A DNA stretch of 64,000 bases from Bacteroidia bacterium (GCA_016787445.1 JAEUTQ010000015.1:769-64768); one strand, 5' to 3'. Positions 36,926 through 47,467 are shown, numbered from the stretch's first letter. Notes: generated from the letters alone by a model not told the origin. Program-made: numbers and translations.

Positions 36926-37363
36926 TTAAAAAGAAATGGAGTCGCTTAATTCATTTTTATCATCACTTTGATAAGGAAAATATTGCTTAAGCTTTTCTCC
37001 GCACTCAATAATACCCTTCGTTAATCCGTCGGCCTTATGATTATGTGCAAACCCGACAACAATTTCTTTCACTATTTTATTCCAATAGTCATTTCCCAAT
37101 TGCTTGTGAATTCCTTCATCACCTATCACAGCCATCTTCCGGCTCACCACGGCGATGTAAATCAAAATTCCGTTGCGGTCTTTTGTGTTTTGCATTTCCA
37201 GCTTACGAAAAACTTTTTTAGCTTTTTCGAGCGCGTCACCGAAACAAAAATTTTCGATGTGTACGCGAATTTCTCCGGAAGTATTTCTTTCGGCTTCGCG
37301 GATGGCATCAACAATACGTTGTTGCTCTTCTTTACTAAAAAAGTTTTTCGCTGCTGTAATCAT
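36926..37363 (-). CDS. TPM-domain protein (short, cytoplasmic-type)
   Basis: 145 aa. FFSKEEQQRIVDAIREAERNTSGEIRVHIENFC..RNGILIYIAVVSRKMAVIGDEGI. Confidence 0.8.
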   Translation of the reverse strand: MITAAKNFFSKEEQQRIVDAIREAERNTSGEIRVHIENFCFGDALEKAKKVFRKLEMQNTKDRNGILIYIAVVSRKMAVIGDEGIHKQLGNDYWNKIVKEIVVGFAHNHKADGLTKGIIECGEKLKQYFPYQSDDKNELSDSISF

Positions 37364-37375
37364 TACTTTGAAATA

Positions 37376-37960
37376 TTAAAACTCAACTTTAGGCGCTTTT
37401 TCAGCACCTGCTTCGGCTTCAAAATATGCCATTGGTGCAAATCCACCGGCAAGCAAACTACCCGGAAACATTTGAATGGCTTTGTTATAATCACGTGACA
37501 TATTATTATACTTCATACGTTCAGTCGCAATTCGGTTTTCGCAACCTTCCAATTCAACACGCAAATCAGAAAAAGCCTGATTCGATTTTAAATTCGGATA
37601 ATTTTCGGTCACCATTAATAAGCGACCTAAAGCATTACTTAATTCTCCTTGAGCTGCTTTATACTTTGCGATAGACGCTTCATTGATGTCGTCTAAATTT
37701 ACTTTTACTTGTGTTGCTGAAGCACGCGCAGCTACCACCGCTTCCAAAGTGCTTTTTTCAAAATTAGCCTCACCCTTTACAGTAGCTACGATGTTAGGAA
37801 TTAAATCCATTCTTCGCTGATACTGACTCTCTACTTGTTGCCATTGTGCTTTTGCGTCTTCGCGTAAGCCAACAAATCCATTACGTTTATTGCAAGCCCA
37901 AAAGCCGCCAAACATTACTATTAAACCAAATACAATTGCTGTAATTAATCCTTTACTCAT
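37376..37960 (-). CDS. lemA: LemA family protein
   Basis: 194 aa with an N-terminal TM helix. QQVESQYQRRMDLIPNIVATVKGEANFEKSTLEAVVAARA..ENYPNLKSNQAFSDLRVELEGCENRIATERMKYN. Confidence 0.9.
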   Translation of the reverse strand: MSKGLITAIVFGLIVMFGGFWACNKRNGFVGLREDAKAQWQQVESQYQRRMDLIPNIVATVKGEANFEKSTLEAVVAARASATQVKVNLDDINEASIAKYKAAQGELSNALGRLLMVTENYPNLKSNQAFSDLRVELEGCENRIATERMKYNNMSRDYNKAIQMFPGSLLAGGFAPMAYFEAEAGAEKAPKVEF

Positions 37961-38120
37961 AATTTTAAATTTTAATCAAAATTACACTAAATAAAGATAG
38001 CTCTGACAGGAAATTCGGATAAACGGCGAAAAACATCAACGAATTATTTAAAGAATGTTAAGTCTGATTATTTACAATGCGCTCTGCGGCTTAAAGATTT
38101 TTATTCCGTAAATTTGCAAA

Positions 38121-40145
38121 ATGCCTTTCAATCTAACATCTGAATTTCAACCTACGGGTGATCAACCGGAAGCTATCAGGCAACTAACGGAAGGCGTTCT
38201 CAACGATACAAAAAATCAGGTACTATTGGGTGTTACCGGCTCCGGAAAAACGTTTACGGCTGCCAACGTTATTAAAAATGTTGACAGACCTACTTTAATT
38301 CTGAGTCATAATAAAACTTTAGCGGCGCAACTTTACAGTGAATTCAAACAGTTCTTTCCGAATAATGCTGTAGAATATTTTGTGAGTTATTACGACTACT
38401 ATCAACCTGAAGCTTATTTACCAACTACCGACACATACATTGAAAAAGATTTAGCCATTAATGACGAAATTGAGAAGTTGAGATTGAGCGCCACTTCTTC
38501 TTTGCTTTCGGGAAGAAGAGATGTTATTGTTGTGTCTTCTGTGTCTTGTATTTATGGAATTGGTAATCCGGTAGACTTTAAGAAAAATGTTATCACCGTA
38601 AAAGTTGGGCAGTTAATTTCCCGAAATAAATTTTTGCATCAACTGGTGAGTGCTTTATACAGCCGAACAACAGCGGAATTCCAGAGAGGAAATTTCAGAG
38701 TGAAAGGTGATACGGTAGATGTGAATTTAGCGTATGCCGATCATAGCGTTCGTATTTGCTTTTTTGGCGATGAGATAGAAAGCATTGAAACATTTGACCC
38801 CGCGAACGGCTATGTGATTGAGAAATTTGAAGGCTTTAACATCTATCCTGCAAACATCTTCGTAACTGCTCCTGATACATTGCAAAAATCAATGCACATG
38901 ATTCAGGAAGACATGGTGAAACAGGTAGAGTATTTTAAATCTGTTGGAAAAACTTTAGAAGCAAAACGTTTGGAAGAGCGTGTAAACTATGATTTGGAAA
39001 TGCTCCGTGAATTAGGTTACTGCAGTGGAATTGAAAATTATTCGCGTTACTTCGACGGCAGACAAGCAGGTACTCGTCCGTTTTGTTTAATGGATTATTT
39101 TCCGAATGATTATTTATTAATTATAGATGAAAGCCATGTTACCATACCGCAAGTGCGGGCCATGTTTGGTGGCGATTTATCGCGCAAGCAGAATTTAGTA
39201 GAATATGGATTCCGTTTACCAAGCGCATTGGATAACCGTCCGCTTAAATTTGAGGAATTTGAAACGCTCGTCAATCAAACCATTTATGTGAGTGCCACGC
39301 CGGCCGATTATGAATTACAAAAAGCAGAAGGTGTAGTAGTAGAACAATTAATCAGACCAACCGGCGTTTTAGATCCGTTGATTGAAGTAAGACCATGTTT
39401 GAATCAGGTGGATGATTTATTGGATGAGATTCATAAAGTAGTAGAGAAAGACGAACGTGTATTAGTTACTACGCTAACTAAACGCATGGCAGAAGAACTC
39501 ACTAAATACTTAACCAAATTAAATGTGCGCTGCCGTTACATTCATTCGGAAGTAGATACTTTAGATCGCGTAGAAATTTTAAGACAGTTACGCGTTGGTA
39601 TGTTTGATGTACTGGTTGGCATTAATTTATTACGTGAAGGTTTGGATTTGCCAGAAGTTTCCTTAGTGGCGATATTGGATGCGGATAAAGAAGGGTTTTT
39701 ACGCAATGAAAGGAGCTTGGTGCAGACCGTTGGACGCGCAGCAAGAAATGTGAATGGACGGGTAATCATGTATGCCGATAAGATAACGAAGAGCATGCAG
39801 TTTACCATTGATGAAACGCAACGAAGAAGACAAAAGCAAATAGAGTATAACTTTAAGCACGGCATTACGCCAACGCAAGCCGGCAAAAAAGCTTTACTCA
39901 CACCTAACTCAGGTGTTGAAGTAACAGTTGACGGAAAATTAATTAGAGCGTATGCAGAAAGTGAAGAAATTAATGTGGCTGCCGATCCGGTGGTTCAATA
40001 CATGAGTAGTGAAGAACTCAAAAAACAAATTGCGAAAATAAAAAGCGCTATGTTGCGTGCTGCTAAAGAAATGGACTTTGCCGAAGCGGCAAGATTACGT
40101 GATGAAATGTACAGTTTGGAAAAATTATTGAAAGAGAAAGAATAA
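38121..40145 (+). CDS. uvrB: Excinuclease ABC subunit B
   Basis: 674 aa. FQPTGDQPEAI, GVTGSGKTF, YYDYYQPEAY, DESH, the helicase motifs and the C-terminal UVR domain DFAEAARLRDE. Confidence 0.95.
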   Translation: MPFNLTSEFQPTGDQPEAIRQLTEGVLNDTKNQVLLGVTGSGKTFTAANVIKNVDRPTLILSHNKTLAAQLYSEFKQFFPNNAVEYFVSYYDYYQPEAYLPTTDTYIEKDLAINDEIEKLRLSATSSLLSGRRDVIVVSSVSCIYGIGNPVDFKKNVITVKVGQLISRNKFLHQLVSALYSRTTAEFQRGNFRVKGDTVDVNLAYADHSVRICFFGDEIESIETFDPANGYVIEKFEGFNIYPANIFVTAPDTLQKSMHMIQEDMVKQVEYFKSVGKTLEAKRLEERVNYDLEMLRELGYCSGIENYSRYFDGRQAGTRPFCLMDYFPNDYLLIIDESHVTIPQVRAMFGGDLSRKQNLVEYGFRLPSALDNRPLKFEEFETLVNQTIYVSATPADYELQKAEGVVVEQLIRPTGVLDPLIEVRPCLNQVDDLLDEIHKVVEKDERVLVTTLTKRMAEELTKYLTKLNVRCRYIHSEVDTLDRVEILRQLRVGMFDVLVGINLLREGLDLPEVSLVAILDADKEGFLRNERSLVQTVGRAARNVNGRVIMYADKITKSMQFTIDETQRRRQKQIEYNFKHGITPTQAGKKALLTPNSGVEVTVDGKLIRAYAESEEINVAADPVVQYMSSEELKKQIAKIKSAMLRAAKEMDFAEAARLRDEMYSLEKLLKEKE

Positions 40146-40149
40146 TTGA

Positions 40150-40527
40150 CTATTCTTCATCCAATTCAATTACATTAATTGGGTAGTTCAAGATCTGAGA
40201 ATAATCTTCTCCTGCCTCTTTTAATTCCACGTCATCTTTCTCATAAAACCAATTGAGGGTTGGCTTATGCTCAGTGGTGACTTTACGGAAGAATTTTGAA
40301 AGCATTTTTGATGAAACGGTATTGAAATAATCTAAACGTACGTTTATTTCAAGCTTAGCCGGATTTGTTTTTAGGTAATCGTCGACAGACTGAGTCACCT
40401 TTTCGAAAAAATCAATTGGATTTTCAGGTACCATTTTTCCATGCATACTTAAAGTACCGTTTAAGGTGTCAAATTCCACTAGAGGAGTTTGGTTAGTCTT
40501 CGGTATGATGTATTTATTGTCTGACAT
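40150..40527 (-). CDS. DUF1987 / SiaC-family regulatory phosphoprotein
   Basis: 125 aa. TPLVEFDTLNGTLSMHGKMVPENPIDFF..INVRLDYFNTVSSKML..LNWFYEKDDVELKEAGEDY..YPINVIE matches the DUF1987 pattern closely. Confidence 0.8.
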   Translation of the reverse strand: MSDNKYIIPKTNQTPLVEFDTLNGTLSMHGKMVPENPIDFFEKVTQSVDDYLKTNPAKLEINVRLDYFNTVSSKMLSKFFRKVTTEHKPTLNWFYEKDDVELKEAGEDYSQILNYPINVIELDEE

Positions 40528-40708
40528 TGATACAAATATAAAATCTAAATCTGTTTAAATTCTAAATAAACGACGAAACACTCTAAAAATTGGACAAATC
40601 GCAACGTATTGCAAACCAGCGTTTAACGTTTGATAAAATAGTACTTTGTAATATTATACGTTAATATCTAAAAAAGGTTGAGTTAAAAAACCAATTAGAT
40701 TTGAACAA

Positions 40709-41263
40709 TTAGTTAATAAGGCTTCTTTCTTTCACCTTCACAGCCTTATTGCCGCTGTAAACAGAATATGACTCTAAAGTGCCTGAAGCTACCGAACCAA
40801 CCGTTAAAACAGAATGTGTTTTCATGGTAGTACCCGGACAAACCACTGCCTTCGCGCCTACCCAAGCCCCATCTTCCAAAATAATTTTACCGGTTATTAA
40901 ATCAAAACTGCTTTTTTTATAATCATGATTTCCGCAAAGCAGCATAGCTCCTTGTGAAATACAAACATTATTACCTATCTCTACATCATCCAAATTATCT
41001 ATCCAAACATTTTCACCAATCCATGTGTTGCTGCCGATTTTTAAACGCCACGGATATTTAATATTTACTTTAGGTTTAATTACTACACCATTTCCAATTT
41101 TAGCGCCAAACATTCTTAACCAAAATATTTTAATGGAACTAAAAGGCATGTAAGAATTAATTATGGTTGCATTCACGAAATACCAAATCATACGTGTAAA
41201 CACATTCCCGCCCGGCTTATACCAGGAATTGTTGAATTTTGATAAATCAGTTTTGGCGCTCAT
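40709..41263 (-). CDS. WcaF-like hexapeptide-repeat O-acetyltransferase
   Basis: 184 aa. FWLRMFGAKIGNGVVIKPKVNIKYPWRLKIGSNTWIGENVWIDNLDDVEIGNNVCISQGAMLLCGNHDY. Confidence 0.8.
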   Translation of the reverse strand: MSAKTDLSKFNNSWYKPGGNVFTRMIWYFVNATIINSYMPFSSIKIFWLRMFGAKIGNGVVIKPKVNIKYPWRLKIGSNTWIGENVWIDNLDDVEIGNNVCISQGAMLLCGNHDYKKSSFDLITGKIILEDGAWVGAKAVVCPGTTMKTHSVLTVGSVASGTLESYSVYSGNKAVKVKERSLIN

Positions 41264-42405
41264 TAACTAAACAATTTTTTGTACGCATCCTTATCCTTTT
41301 CGAAATTGGTGTGCTGCTCCATAAAATTAATGCAATTTTGCGACATTGAAGCATATTCCTTTTCGTCAACTTGTATGGCTTCCAGTAATGCCTCCTTAAA
41401 TTTCGTTTTATTTTTTAAATCTAATGCATAACCACATTTCGCTTTATTTATACTATTCCAAGGCGTATGATCACTTATTATAACCGGACAAGCACTACGC
41501 AATGTTTCCGCTATAGAATGTCCGTAATTCTCATTTAAAGTTGGCAATAATAAAAAGTGATAATTCGAAATAACGGGCTGAACTTCTTCAAAACTTAATT
41601 CACCTTTATAGGTCACTTTTACTGAAGGAGGTAATTGCTTTATGATCTGTTCACACTCCTTCCAATATACTTTATCTTCCATTGATCCATAAATATCGTA
41701 CGTTATATCTGCATCACTTGGCATGTCTAACAACATTTGAAGTGCATAATGGAGATTTTTTACTTTGGCGATACGGGATAAATAAAAAAACTTAACTGTT
41801 CCCTTCTGCTTTATAATACTTTTGTTTTTTAAAATAGGTGTAGAATTAATATTAGCCGCTACTCTCACATTTGCCTTTCTGAAAAAACCTTTTATCTCCT
41901 TTTCTTCATCCATCGTTGTGGCATGAAACACTACTTTTGAGTGCAGGTTCACGAATTTTAAGAGCGACAAAAACAATTTCTTCTTCAAAGGTTTAATTGA
42001 CAACGCGCCCTTTCCCAACATACCACGAGGTGCCAAAACCAAATCACACTTCAGCTTACCGGATTTCTCGGCACGCAACGGAAGCAATGAAAAATAATAC
42101 GACCAAAAACTGTTGAGATAAACGATATCCGGGTTTAAAGAATTGATAAGCTCTATTAAATTCTTAGACTTTAATTCTTCCTTTGAGAAATAATAAACAG
42201 GAATTCCATCATAGGAATTCCATGAATTAGGTCTAATTTCTTTATAGGGGATGGTTGAGCCTAAATCATGATTGGTAGTGATAACAGAAAAGTTATAGTC
42301 TTGCTTAAGTAAACTCAACATCGAGTACACCGATTTAACCGGTCCGCCTGCTTTGTTACCTGGCAAATACCAATCTATGAGTACAACTATGTTTTTCTTT
42401 TTCAA
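41263..42405 (-). CDS. Glycosyltransferase family 4 (GT-B)
   Basis: 380 aa. The N-terminal GT4-like domain (NKAGGPVKS) and the C-terminal segment LLPTLNENYGHSIAETLRSACPVIISD show the E-x7-E-like region. Confidence 0.7.
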   Translation of the reverse strand: MKKKNIVVLIDWYLPGNKAGGPVKSVYSMLSLLKQDYNFSVITTNHDLGSTIPYKEIRPNSWNSYDGIPVYYFSKEELKSKNLIELINSLNPDIVYLNSFWSYYFSLLPLRAEKSGKLKCDLVLAPRGMLGKGALSIKPLKKKLFLSLLKFVNLHSKVVFHATTMDEEKEIKGFFRKANVRVAANINSTPILKNKSIIKQKGTVKFFYLSRIAKVKNLHYALQMLLDMPSDADITYDIYGSMEDKVYWKECEQIIKQLPPSVKVTYKGELSFEEVQPVISNYHFLLLPTLNENYGHSIAETLRSACPVIISDHTPWNSINKAKCGYALDLKNKTKFKEALLEAIQVDEKEYASMSQNCINFMEQHTNFEKDKDAYKKLFS

Positions 42406-42408
42406 GTA

Positions 42409-44292
42409 TTAATCAATCTGATTTGTTTGTAACCAATTTTCAAACACAATTAAATGCCAAAGGCGCGACCATGTTACTTTCTTATTATCCTTGAGAAATT
42501 GTTCCCACAAACTCATTACCGCTGCCTCGTTCACAAAATCACGTTTGGAAAGTGCTCTTAGTTTCTCTTCACAGAATGATTTCAACTCACCTTTCATCCA
42601 ATCCGACCAAGGCAAAGTAAAACCCATTTTAGGGCGATTAATAATTTCACCAGGTAATAAACCATTTAAGGAATCAATTAATAATTTTTTCGGACTGTGC
42701 GGAAATTTGTGCTCATCCTTTACCGATAACACAAACTCAACCAACTTATAATCTAAAAATGGTACGCGTACTTCTAATGCAACTGCCATACTCATTTGAT
42801 CGGTATCACGCAATAAAATATTTTGCATGTACGTATTCATCTCTAATAAAGAAACATAAGACAACAGATGATTAGCGTCCGGCTTCTTGATCATTCCGAT
42901 TATATCCTTTAATGGATTTTCATTTTTTCGTAAGAGTAATTTTTCTTGCTGCTTAGAAAATATTTTTCTGGAAACAGGATACACATCTTTCACAGAAAAC
43001 TTTTCCTGCATTAACACTTCAAATAGTTTATCCCCTGCAACCGATTTGTTTTTAGCTTTAATCAGAGAAGCAGGAACAGCTCTTAACCATGATGGAAAAA
43101 TATTCAAGTATGCTTTGGAGTCGACCGATTTCATTCGCTTAAACACATCGTAGCCGGCAAATAATTCATCGCCGCCCAAACCGGATAGCGCCATGGTAAT
43201 TCCGGCTTCCTTTGTTGCTTTTGAAACCACATAAGTATTAGGACCATCCCCTGATGGATGATCAATAGCATTCAGCGCATTTGGCAACTGATTTAAAAAA
43301 TCCTGCGGTTTTAATTTAATTTCGTGATGTTGTGTATTAAATAATTCAGAAACCTTTTTCGCATATTTAGATTCGGAAAATTCACTTTCATCAAATGAGA
43401 CATTGAATGTTTCTACTTTACGCGAGGAGAGTTTACTCATGATTCCGACAACAGCACTGGAATCAATTCCTCCAGAAAGGAAAGCACCAAATGGAACATC
43501 AGCTACCAACCTTCTTTCTACGGCCTTAAACAATAACTCCTCTGTTTTCTTACAGGTTAAATTATAATCCAAAGACTCCGATTCTTTCGCAAAATCATTA
43601 ATGTTCCAATATCTGAATTGTTTTATTTCACCATTCTTCCAGGTTAAATACGTTCCAGGCATTAACATTTTCACGCCCTCTATAATCGTATTAGGCGCGT
43701 GTACTGTTTGATATAGAAAATACTCGTTAAGCACGGCCTTATTTAACTTACGCTGCACAAAACCTGAGTTTAACAAAGTTCTTATCTCAGAACCGAAAAC
43801 CAATTGTTTATTATTGACACTGTAATAAAGCGGTTTAATTCCCATTCTGTCACGCGTGATGAACAAAGAATTATCTTGAGTATCGTACAAGGCAAATGCG
43901 TACATCCCATTGAATTTATCCAAGCAGGAGGCACCCCATCGACTGTAAGCGGCAATTATAACTTCTGTATCTGAATTGGTTTTAAAAAAATAAGCCTGTT
44001 CCTTACTACCGAACGAAACGCGCTGTAATTCCAACTTTAATTCGCGGTAATTATATAATTCCCCGTTATAAACGATCACATAACGTCCGTCGGCACTCAG
44101 CATTGGCTGATTAGACGCTTCACTTAAATCAATAATGGATAAACGAGCGTGTCCGAGATACACTGAATCGTTACACCACGAATTTTGGGCGTCGGGTCCG
44201 CGATGTTTCATGGCATTAACCATGGATGCTATAGCATCATTATAAGAATTGGAAGAGGTTTGAGTAGTTGTGAATCCGGCTATGCCACACAT
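42409..44292 (-). CDS. asnB: Asparagine synthase (glutamine-hydrolysing) family amidotransferase in a polysaccharide locus
   Basis: 627 aa. MCGIAGF Ntn nucleophile, YNGELYN, PP-loop FLSGGIDSS. Confidence 0.85.
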   Translation of the reverse strand: MCGIAGFTTTQTSSNSYNDAIASMVNAMKHRGPDAQNSWCNDSVYLGHARLSIIDLSEASNQPMLSADGRYVIVYNGELYNYRELKLELQRVSFGSKEQAYFFKTNSDTEVIIAAYSRWGASCLDKFNGMYAFALYDTQDNSLFITRDRMGIKPLYYSVNNKQLVFGSEIRTLLNSGFVQRKLNKAVLNEYFLYQTVHAPNTIIEGVKMLMPGTYLTWKNGEIKQFRYWNINDFAKESESLDYNLTCKKTEELLFKAVERRLVADVPFGAFLSGGIDSSAVVGIMSKLSSRKVETFNVSFDESEFSESKYAKKVSELFNTQHHEIKLKPQDFLNQLPNALNAIDHPSGDGPNTYVVSKATKEAGITMALSGLGGDELFAGYDVFKRMKSVDSKAYLNIFPSWLRAVPASLIKAKNKSVAGDKLFEVLMQEKFSVKDVYPVSRKIFSKQQEKLLLRKNENPLKDIIGMIKKPDANHLLSYVSLLEMNTYMQNILLRDTDQMSMAVALEVRVPFLDYKLVEFVLSVKDEHKFPHSPKKLLIDSLNGLLPGEIINRPKMGFTLPWSDWMKGELKSFCEEKLRALSKRDFVNEAAVMSLWEQFLKDNKKVTWSRLWHLIVFENWLQTNQID

Positions 44293-44293
44293 G

Positions 44294-45247
44294 TTATTTC
44301 ACACCTGTTAGTTGTAAGAATAAATCATCTTTCAACAGGTTTTTAATACCCTGTTCAAGCGTCACAAGTTCTCTACCCAAAATTTCACGCATTTTACTGT
44401 TGTCGGGTTGACGTCTTGTCATATCCCCTTCCTTTAAAGGCGGTAAAAATTCGATTTGAGATTTTGAACCTGTAATAGCAATAATTGATTTTGCCAAATC
44501 TAAAATGGTCATCAGTTTATCGCTGCCTATATTCACCACATCATTTTTCAATAAGCCCTTATTAAATATACTCATCATGGTTTCAATGGTATCATCCACA
44601 TAAGTAAAGGTTCGTGTTTGTGAACCATCACCGTAAATTGTAATATTTTGGTTCTTTAATGCTGCTGCTAAGAAACGCGGAATCACAAAGTCGGTACTTT
44701 GATTTGGTCCGTATGTATTAAAAAAACGAAAGATAGTATATGGTAACTGATATTCCTGCCAGTAACTTCTGAAAAAACATTCGCCTACATTTTTCACCAC
44801 AGCGTAAGGCACGCGTGAATTTAATGGTGTGCTGTATTCATTTTGCGGAATTTCAACCGGCTCCCCGTAAACTTCAGAAGAAGAAGAGAAATACACATGT
44901 TTTACATTTCCATTTTTTGAAAGTGTAAGAACATTTTTTATCCCATCTATATCATTCAATACTAAAATCGGATTTGCCTGAGTGCGTTGAACCCCAACAA
45001 CAGCTGCCAAATGAAAAACGTAATCAAAATTATTGGCATACATCACCTGAGATAGCTGGGAAAAATCGTTACAATCAGCCTTTACAAAGCGAAGGTTATC
45101 AGCAAGGGGAAGTTTCTCTATATTTCCTGTACTTAAATTATCAACTACCACAACAAGATTTTCCTGGTTGGTAATTAATCGTTTTACGAGAGCACTACCG
45201 ATGTTTCCGGCACCACCTGTTACTAATATTTTTTTACTGTGAGGCAT
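44294..45247 (-). CDS. NAD-dependent sugar epimerase/dehydratase (UDP-glucuronate decarboxylase-like SDR)
   Basis: 317 aa. Rossmann motif VTGGAGNIGSAL, catalytic YAVVK, GDGSQTRTFTYVDD. Confidence 0.8.
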   Translation of the reverse strand: MPHSKKILVTGGAGNIGSALVKRLITNQENLVVVVDNLSTGNIEKLPLADNLRFVKADCNDFSQLSQVMYANNFDYVFHLAAVVGVQRTQANPILVLNDIDGIKNVLTLSKNGNVKHVYFSSSSEVYGEPVEIPQNEYSTPLNSRVPYAVVKNVGECFFRSYWQEYQLPYTIFRFFNTYGPNQSTDFVIPRFLAAALKNQNITIYGDGSQTRTFTYVDDTIETMMSIFNKGLLKNDVVNIGSDKLMTILDLAKSIIAITGSKSQIEFLPPLKEGDMTRRQPDNSKMREILGRELVTLEQGIKNLLKDDLFLQLTGVK

Positions 45248-46319
45248 TATGTATCATTTTATAAAAACTATGAGCCCACGTTAAAGGAGTGATTTTCTTT
45301 GACAAATTAAAACTTTCGGAACCCATTGCTTTTAGTTTTTCTGCATTTAAATTACACATTTTTTTTAATTTATCTTTCAAGTCCGACTTATCTCCACCCT
45401 TAAAAACAAAACCGTTCTTTCCTTCTTGAAGAAAAATTTCTGTTGCACCCACTTTATCGCTACAAATCATAGGAAAACCAGCCGCCGCAAATTCATGTAC
45501 AACCACTCCCCATGGTTCGTAGGTACTAGGTAGTATAAACACGCCTCCCTTTTTCATCACTTCCTTTAATTCAATGGGCTGTTTAAAGCCTAAGTCTAAA
45601 ATATCGGGATGTTGAGGGATTTTATACGGACCCTTTCCTATACACCATAATTTCCAATCTTTGAGTTCACCTGCATTCTTTAAATCCACAAAAACCGAAC
45701 ATAATTCAGGCAAACCTTTTTCATTAGCATACCTACCGGTAAAAACTATCACCTTACTTCTGTCCATTTCCGGAACAAATACCTCATTAAAAAAATCAAC
45801 GTTGGTAGAGTAAAATCCGGTAATAATACGATCCTTCTTAAATCCCATTTTTTGTGCCATAACAGCTTGCGAATTACCGGGTACAAATGCAAAATGGAAA
45901 TTTGGTGATATGACAAAGCGTGCATACAGACTTCCAAATATTTGCCGAGCTGAACCTGTCCATCGTGTATCGAAACCAAGAATTGTAATACACTCCCTAC
46001 GCTTTATTTTACACAAGTCTAGGTACATTTTTATAATCCAACCAGAACAAAATATCCCTTTCGGTTTAATCTGATCATACAAACCAATTAAGGATTCAAG
46101 GTTAAAATTACTTATATCGTATAAAAATATTTTTTCTGTATTAAGTTTAAAATCAAATGGCGCTACATCATTCACAGGCATCCTTACAATATGTAAATTC
46201 ACATTATACTCATTTACAATTTTCTCAAAACAAGCAATATTATAAGCTGCCAGTTCTGTATAAAGTATAAGTATATTTTCAGCTTCTCTCTCTTTATTCA
46301 TTTTGCGAACCACTTTCAA
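45234..46319 (-). CDS. Glycosyltransferase family 4 (GT-B)
   Basis: 361 aa. FTGRYANEKGL, ILPSTYEPWGVVVHEFAAAGFPMICSD. The start may be ATG 46301. Confidence 0.7.
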   Translation of the reverse strand: MKVVRKMNKEREAENILILYTELAAYNIACFEKIVNEYNVNLHIVRMPVNDVAPFDFKLNTEKIFLYDISNFNLESLIGLYDQIKPKGIFCSGWIIKMYLDLCKIKRRECITILGFDTRWTGSARQIFGSLYARFVISPNFHFAFVPGNSQAVMAQKMGFKKDRIITGFYSTNVDFFNEVFVPEMDRSKVIVFTGRYANEKGLPELCSVFVDLKNAGELKDWKLWCIGKGPYKIPQHPDILDLGFKQPIELKEVMKKGGVFILPSTYEPWGVVVHEFAAAGFPMICSDKVGATEIFLQEGKNGFVFKGGDKSDLKDKLKKMCNLNAEKLKAMGSESFNLSKKITPLTWAHSFYKMIHNASQ

Positions 46320-47457
46320 TAATAGTTGATTTGCGTTTTAGTTTCACGAAAAAACTTTCAAAATATTTATAGGACAACCAAGAAATTAATATTGTTAAAC
46401 CAATACATAACCCATACAGCATAACTTGTGGGAGCAAATTATTACTTACTTCAACATTAAACTTATTAAATACAATAATTACTAGTGCAATAATTATCAT
46501 ATGATACATGTAAATTCCATACGATATATTACCTAACATTACAAAAAGCCTATTCTCAATTTTAATTACACTGTTAGTATTACATGACACATTCAAAATC
46601 ACAACAAGAAAAAGTACAGATTGAATAATAAAAATTCCATCTTGAATAATCGGCGGTGTAAAATAAATACTGATTATAATTAAGACCAAAGAACAAATTA
46701 ATGCCGCATTGCTTAAGAAAATCCGATAGTACTTATCATTATGCACACACCAAGCACCAATTCCACCAATTGCCATACTTTCAAACTTTAACGTAGCTAC
46801 AAATGTTTTAATTTGAGAAAGTGTGTCATTGTCCGGATCTGACATGACCAAAAACTGAACTACTATCTTAAAAAAGATACAAACTATGATGACCCCGAAT
46901 AAAACCGGCAATAATCGCTTGCTCCATTTTACTAACCAAGGCCACATGAGATAAAATTGCTCCTCTACACCAATACTCCAAAGTTGCCCAATATGCGGAA
47001 CCGGTTTAAATAAAGAAAATGCTAGATTAGGCAAGATCAATATGTACAACAATAAATTTGAGAAGAAATTTTCCTTAAAATATTTTGTAAAATAACCGTG
47101 CTCAAATATTTTAAAATTAGGGAGTAGAAAAAAACCAATCACAATAATTAAAAAATACAAAGGCCATATCCTTAATATACGTCTGATGTAGAATTTCATA
47201 ATGGAAACAGTATTGGTTTTCTCTTTCTCTTTCAGTAATAAATAAGTAATTAAAAAACCACTTAACACAAAGAAAAAAATAACACCCAATGGACCAAGTT
47301 CATAAACCAATTTGTTATTTTGCCACAAATTTGGTTTTAGGTATTGAGCCTTTAGCAACTCGATATGGGTAACTACTACTGCCAAAGCCGCTAAAAAACG
47401 CAAACCATTGAGTCCAGGAAAATAAATATGTCTTGTTGTGTCTATAACTGGCTTTAT
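46294..47457 (-). CDS. Acyltransferase family 3 membrane O-acyltransferase (start uncertain)
   Basis: Multi-TM. The conserved N-terminal motif FPGLNGLRFLAALAVVVTH straddles the track start (TTG 47403). The open frame upstream (KPVIDTTRHIYFPGLNG) has no ATG/GTG/TTG. ATA at 47457 lies 10 nt after the preceding gene's stop. Confidence 0.7.
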   Translation of the reverse strand: MKPVIDTTRHIYFPGLNGLRFLAALAVVVTHIELLKAQYLKPNLWQNNKLVYELGPLGVIFFFVLSGFLITYLLLKEKEKTNTVSIMKFYIRRILRIWPLYFLIIVIGFFLLPNFKIFEHGYFTKYFKENFFSNLLLYILILPNLAFSLFKPVPHIGQLWSIGVEEQFYLMWPWLVKWSKRLLPVLFGVIIVCIFFKIVVQFLVMSDPDNDTLSQIKTFVATLKFESMAIGGIGAWCVHNDKYYRIFLSNAALICSLVLIIISIYFTPPIIQDGIFIIQSVLFLVVILNVSCNTNSVIKIENRLFVMLGNISYGIYMYHMIIIALVIIVFNKFNVEVSNNLLPQVMLYGLCIGLTILISWLSYKYFESFFVKLKRKSTIIESGSQNE

Positions 47458-47467
47458 TCTTTTTAAC

